DNA of 63,722 nt, counting the filler, from Octopus bimaculoides (Eukaryota), in assembly GCF_001194135.2 (NCBI RefSeq). It is 5 parts of 4 records of this genome, joined end to end, with 100 filler letters (N's around TTAATTAATTAA, not from the genome) between each part and the next. Parts side by side here need not be neighbours in the genome. Positions count along the whole stretch, not along the records: positions 60,195 to 62,359 come from NC_068985.1; positions 62,460 to 63,722 come from NW_026351275.1; 3 more parts are not named here. One strand, given 5' to 3'. The notes beneath the pieces are model-generated. The model saw only the letters and a program-made list of their open reading frames with translations. It was not told the DNA's origin and searched no databases. Shown here piece by piece: positions 61,339 through 63,722 of the stretch (the first letter of the stretch is position 1; each line of letters begins with the position of its first letter). Made by a program: the position numbers and the translations under genes.

Positions 61339-61923
61339 TACAATCTTTTCTGCTATAGGTACAAGACTTTAGTACTTTACTGGTACTTGTTTTATCGACT
61401 TCGAATAGATAACAGTCAAAGTCGACCTCGGTATTTGAACTTGGAAGGTCCTTTTGGAAGGTCCTTCGAAGGTCCGCATTTTATCCGGTGTTTTAACGAT
61501 TCTGTCAACTCTACGCATTTTTTTTCATTATAATAGCAATAACAAGCATGATAATATTAATACTAATAAAAATTATACATAAAATAATAATAAATATCAT
61601 CAATGATAATGATACGTTTCATAATGTCAAACGAAAATATTTCAGTCGAGATAAATGTGTCCCAGTTACAATATATAAAAGCAAGAATTATTATCATGTG
61701 TTTAATATAATCACGCAGTGAAACAACAAATAACGGGTCTTCCATAAAAAAATAGAAGCGTAAAAATGATACTAAAAAAAATATATGGAATAAAATGCGT
61801 TCCACAATTATTATATGAGGAGACATTATAATATATCATCCTGTTTCTTTCTCTCTCCATCTTTCTTTGAATGTATGTGTGTGGGTGTGAATGTGTGTCT
61901 AAGTATGTACACATGTATGTATG

Positions 61924-61954
<31 letters not shown>

Positions 61955-62205
61955 NNNNNNNNNNTTTTCCACAAGTACGTGGATAAACATAGTGGCCGCA
62001 ATTTCACGCATCAAATTATGAACATAGTTTTCTACGTCTATTTAAAAAAGTAAAATTAATTCTTCATTAATTCTTCATTATTCATTAATTCAAATTCAAT
62101 CCGAGATAATGAATTAATTGCATAAGGTTTATGTTAATAAAGATAAGATAACGCTTCTCTCACCTCTCATTCCAAATCAGTAATCAATATTACCATAAAA
62201 CCATG

Positions 62206-62206
62206 T

Positions 62207-62244
<38 letters not shown>

Positions 62245-62295
62245 CTTCTTCTTCTTCTTCTTCTTCTTCTTCTTCTTCTTCTTCTTCTTCTTCTT

Positions 62296-62326
<31 letters not shown>

Positions 62327-62359
62327 ATGATAATAATAATAATAATAATAATAATAATA
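62206..62359. repeat. Compound trinucleotide microsatellite (GTT)n(CTT)n(AAT)n
   Basis: Direct reading. Confidence 0.95.
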
Positions 62360-62459
62360 NNNNNNNNNNNNNNNNNNNNNNNNNNNNNNNNNNNNNNNNN
62401 NNNTTAATTAATTAANNNNNNNNNNNNNNNNNNNNNNNNNNNNNNNNNNNNNNNNNNNN

Positions 62460-63722
62460 TAACCAGTATGAATGAACGCGATCATCTCCCAAATATTCGC
62501 AATTCTAATCAAAACCTGAAAATAATTGGTAAAACCCACCTTGCACTTAAGGATATAAGTCCAGCTACTGATGCTGATATTACAGATCTCAACCACCTGC
62601 ACTATGCATCCGCGAAAATCTCAACGGTTCTATGTGGTGAAAAGATTAGAAAACGGCAACATTCCCACAAAATGTCTTCTTGGCATTAGCGTATTCAACA
62701 CCATATTCAGCTACTTAGGTCTGACATAGAATGTTTGAAAAAACCTTTAGTTTAACAAGACTATCAAACCTACAAAACCCCGAAAATTAAAGAAAACATA
62801 TATGAAAACCATATTTGACAGTGATACCACCATAGAAACCATCAAGAAAAAGGTATGTGGTAAAGCTGCCCGCATAGCAAGGTATGAAAAGCGCGTTAGA
62901 TTCTTCAAGGACATGTTCAAAAATAACCCCAAAAATTTTTACAGAAAGATAGGGAAGATACCAGATAGAGTAAAGTCTGTCCCATGAAAAGAAGAAGTGC
63001 AGGAATTTTGGAATTAAAATTTGGGCAAAAGATAAAAACACACAATGAAAACGCCCCTTGGATTGATAGAATATATACAGACTGAGATTCCTTAGAAGAG
63101 CAAAAGTGGGAGGGTGTCAAGGTAGAAGATATAAGATCTGCTCTCAGGAGGTCAAGCAAACGGAAGTCACCAGGAAAGGATAAAATTCCTAACTTCTGAT
63201 TTAATGTCTTCCCAGGGAGCCATGAACTACTAACCAAACTTTACAACGATGTTTTGCAACGTCCTGGTATGAGCCCCTCTTGGCTGGTTAATGGTTTAAC
63301 ATTCCTACTTCCCAAAAATGAAGAAACAAACGAGCCAAAAAATTATCGACCCATAACCTGCTTAACAACAATATATAAAACGCTAACAGCTGTCGTGACT
63401 CAATATAGCTATAGTTTTTTTTTTAAATAGAAAGTAGCATATTTCCAAATGAGCAAAAAGGATGTAAACGTGGATCTTATGGTTGTAAAGATCAGTTACT
63501 CATCAATAAGATGATCTCAGATAATTGTCATAAACGACGCAAAAACTTGTCAATAGCCTGGATAGACTATAAAAAAGCTTTTGATAGCCTACCACAAAGA
63601 TGGATTAAGAAACGTCTGGAAATAAAATAAAATAAAATAAAATAGCTCCTACTCTACGAAACTTTTTGTCTGCAAGTTTGAGATCATGGACAACCACACT
63701 GACTTTGAACAGTGACAATGAA
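62460..63722 (+). mobile_element. R4/Dong-like non-LTR retrotransposon, RT region, degenerate, runs off window end
   Basis: FKNNPKNFYR..KSPGKDKIPNF..LLPKNEETNEPKNYRPITCLTTIYK..EQKGCKRGSYGCKDQLLINK..AWIDYKKAFDSLP. Confidence 0.9.

Overview
AT-rich, microsatellite-dense eukaryotic scaffold with many N gaps. The repeat content (several tRNA-derived SINE families, R4/Dong LINEs, mariner/maT, Penelope-like elements) fits an octopod mollusc; this is inferred from pattern recognition, with no database search. Almost every ORF in the supplied track is a microsatellite or gap translation. What the sequence does support is a nested graveyard of mobile elements: a FLYWCH-MULE transposase split by two SINEs, two clades of Penelope-like elements (PLEs), mariner, maT, Merlin, Helitron/Helentron pieces, CR1-like, RTE-like and R4/Dong LINE relics, and dozens of SINE copies. 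The most notable signal is a set of minimal type-I hammerhead ribozyme (HHR) motifs in several unrelated repeat families. One is a ~330-bp unit made of a tRNA-like Pol III head, (AAT)n, an HHR and a tail. It occurs three times: once as a complete insertion with a 9-bp TSD and a 5' hairpin, and once directly behind a Penelope GIY-YIG ORF. Several head-to-head inverted pairs also carry an HHR or HHR remnant on each arm. A phase-consistent four-exon candidate host gene of unknown identity lies on the minus strand at 45.7-47.1 kb. No rRNA, true tRNA gene or CRISPR array is supported.
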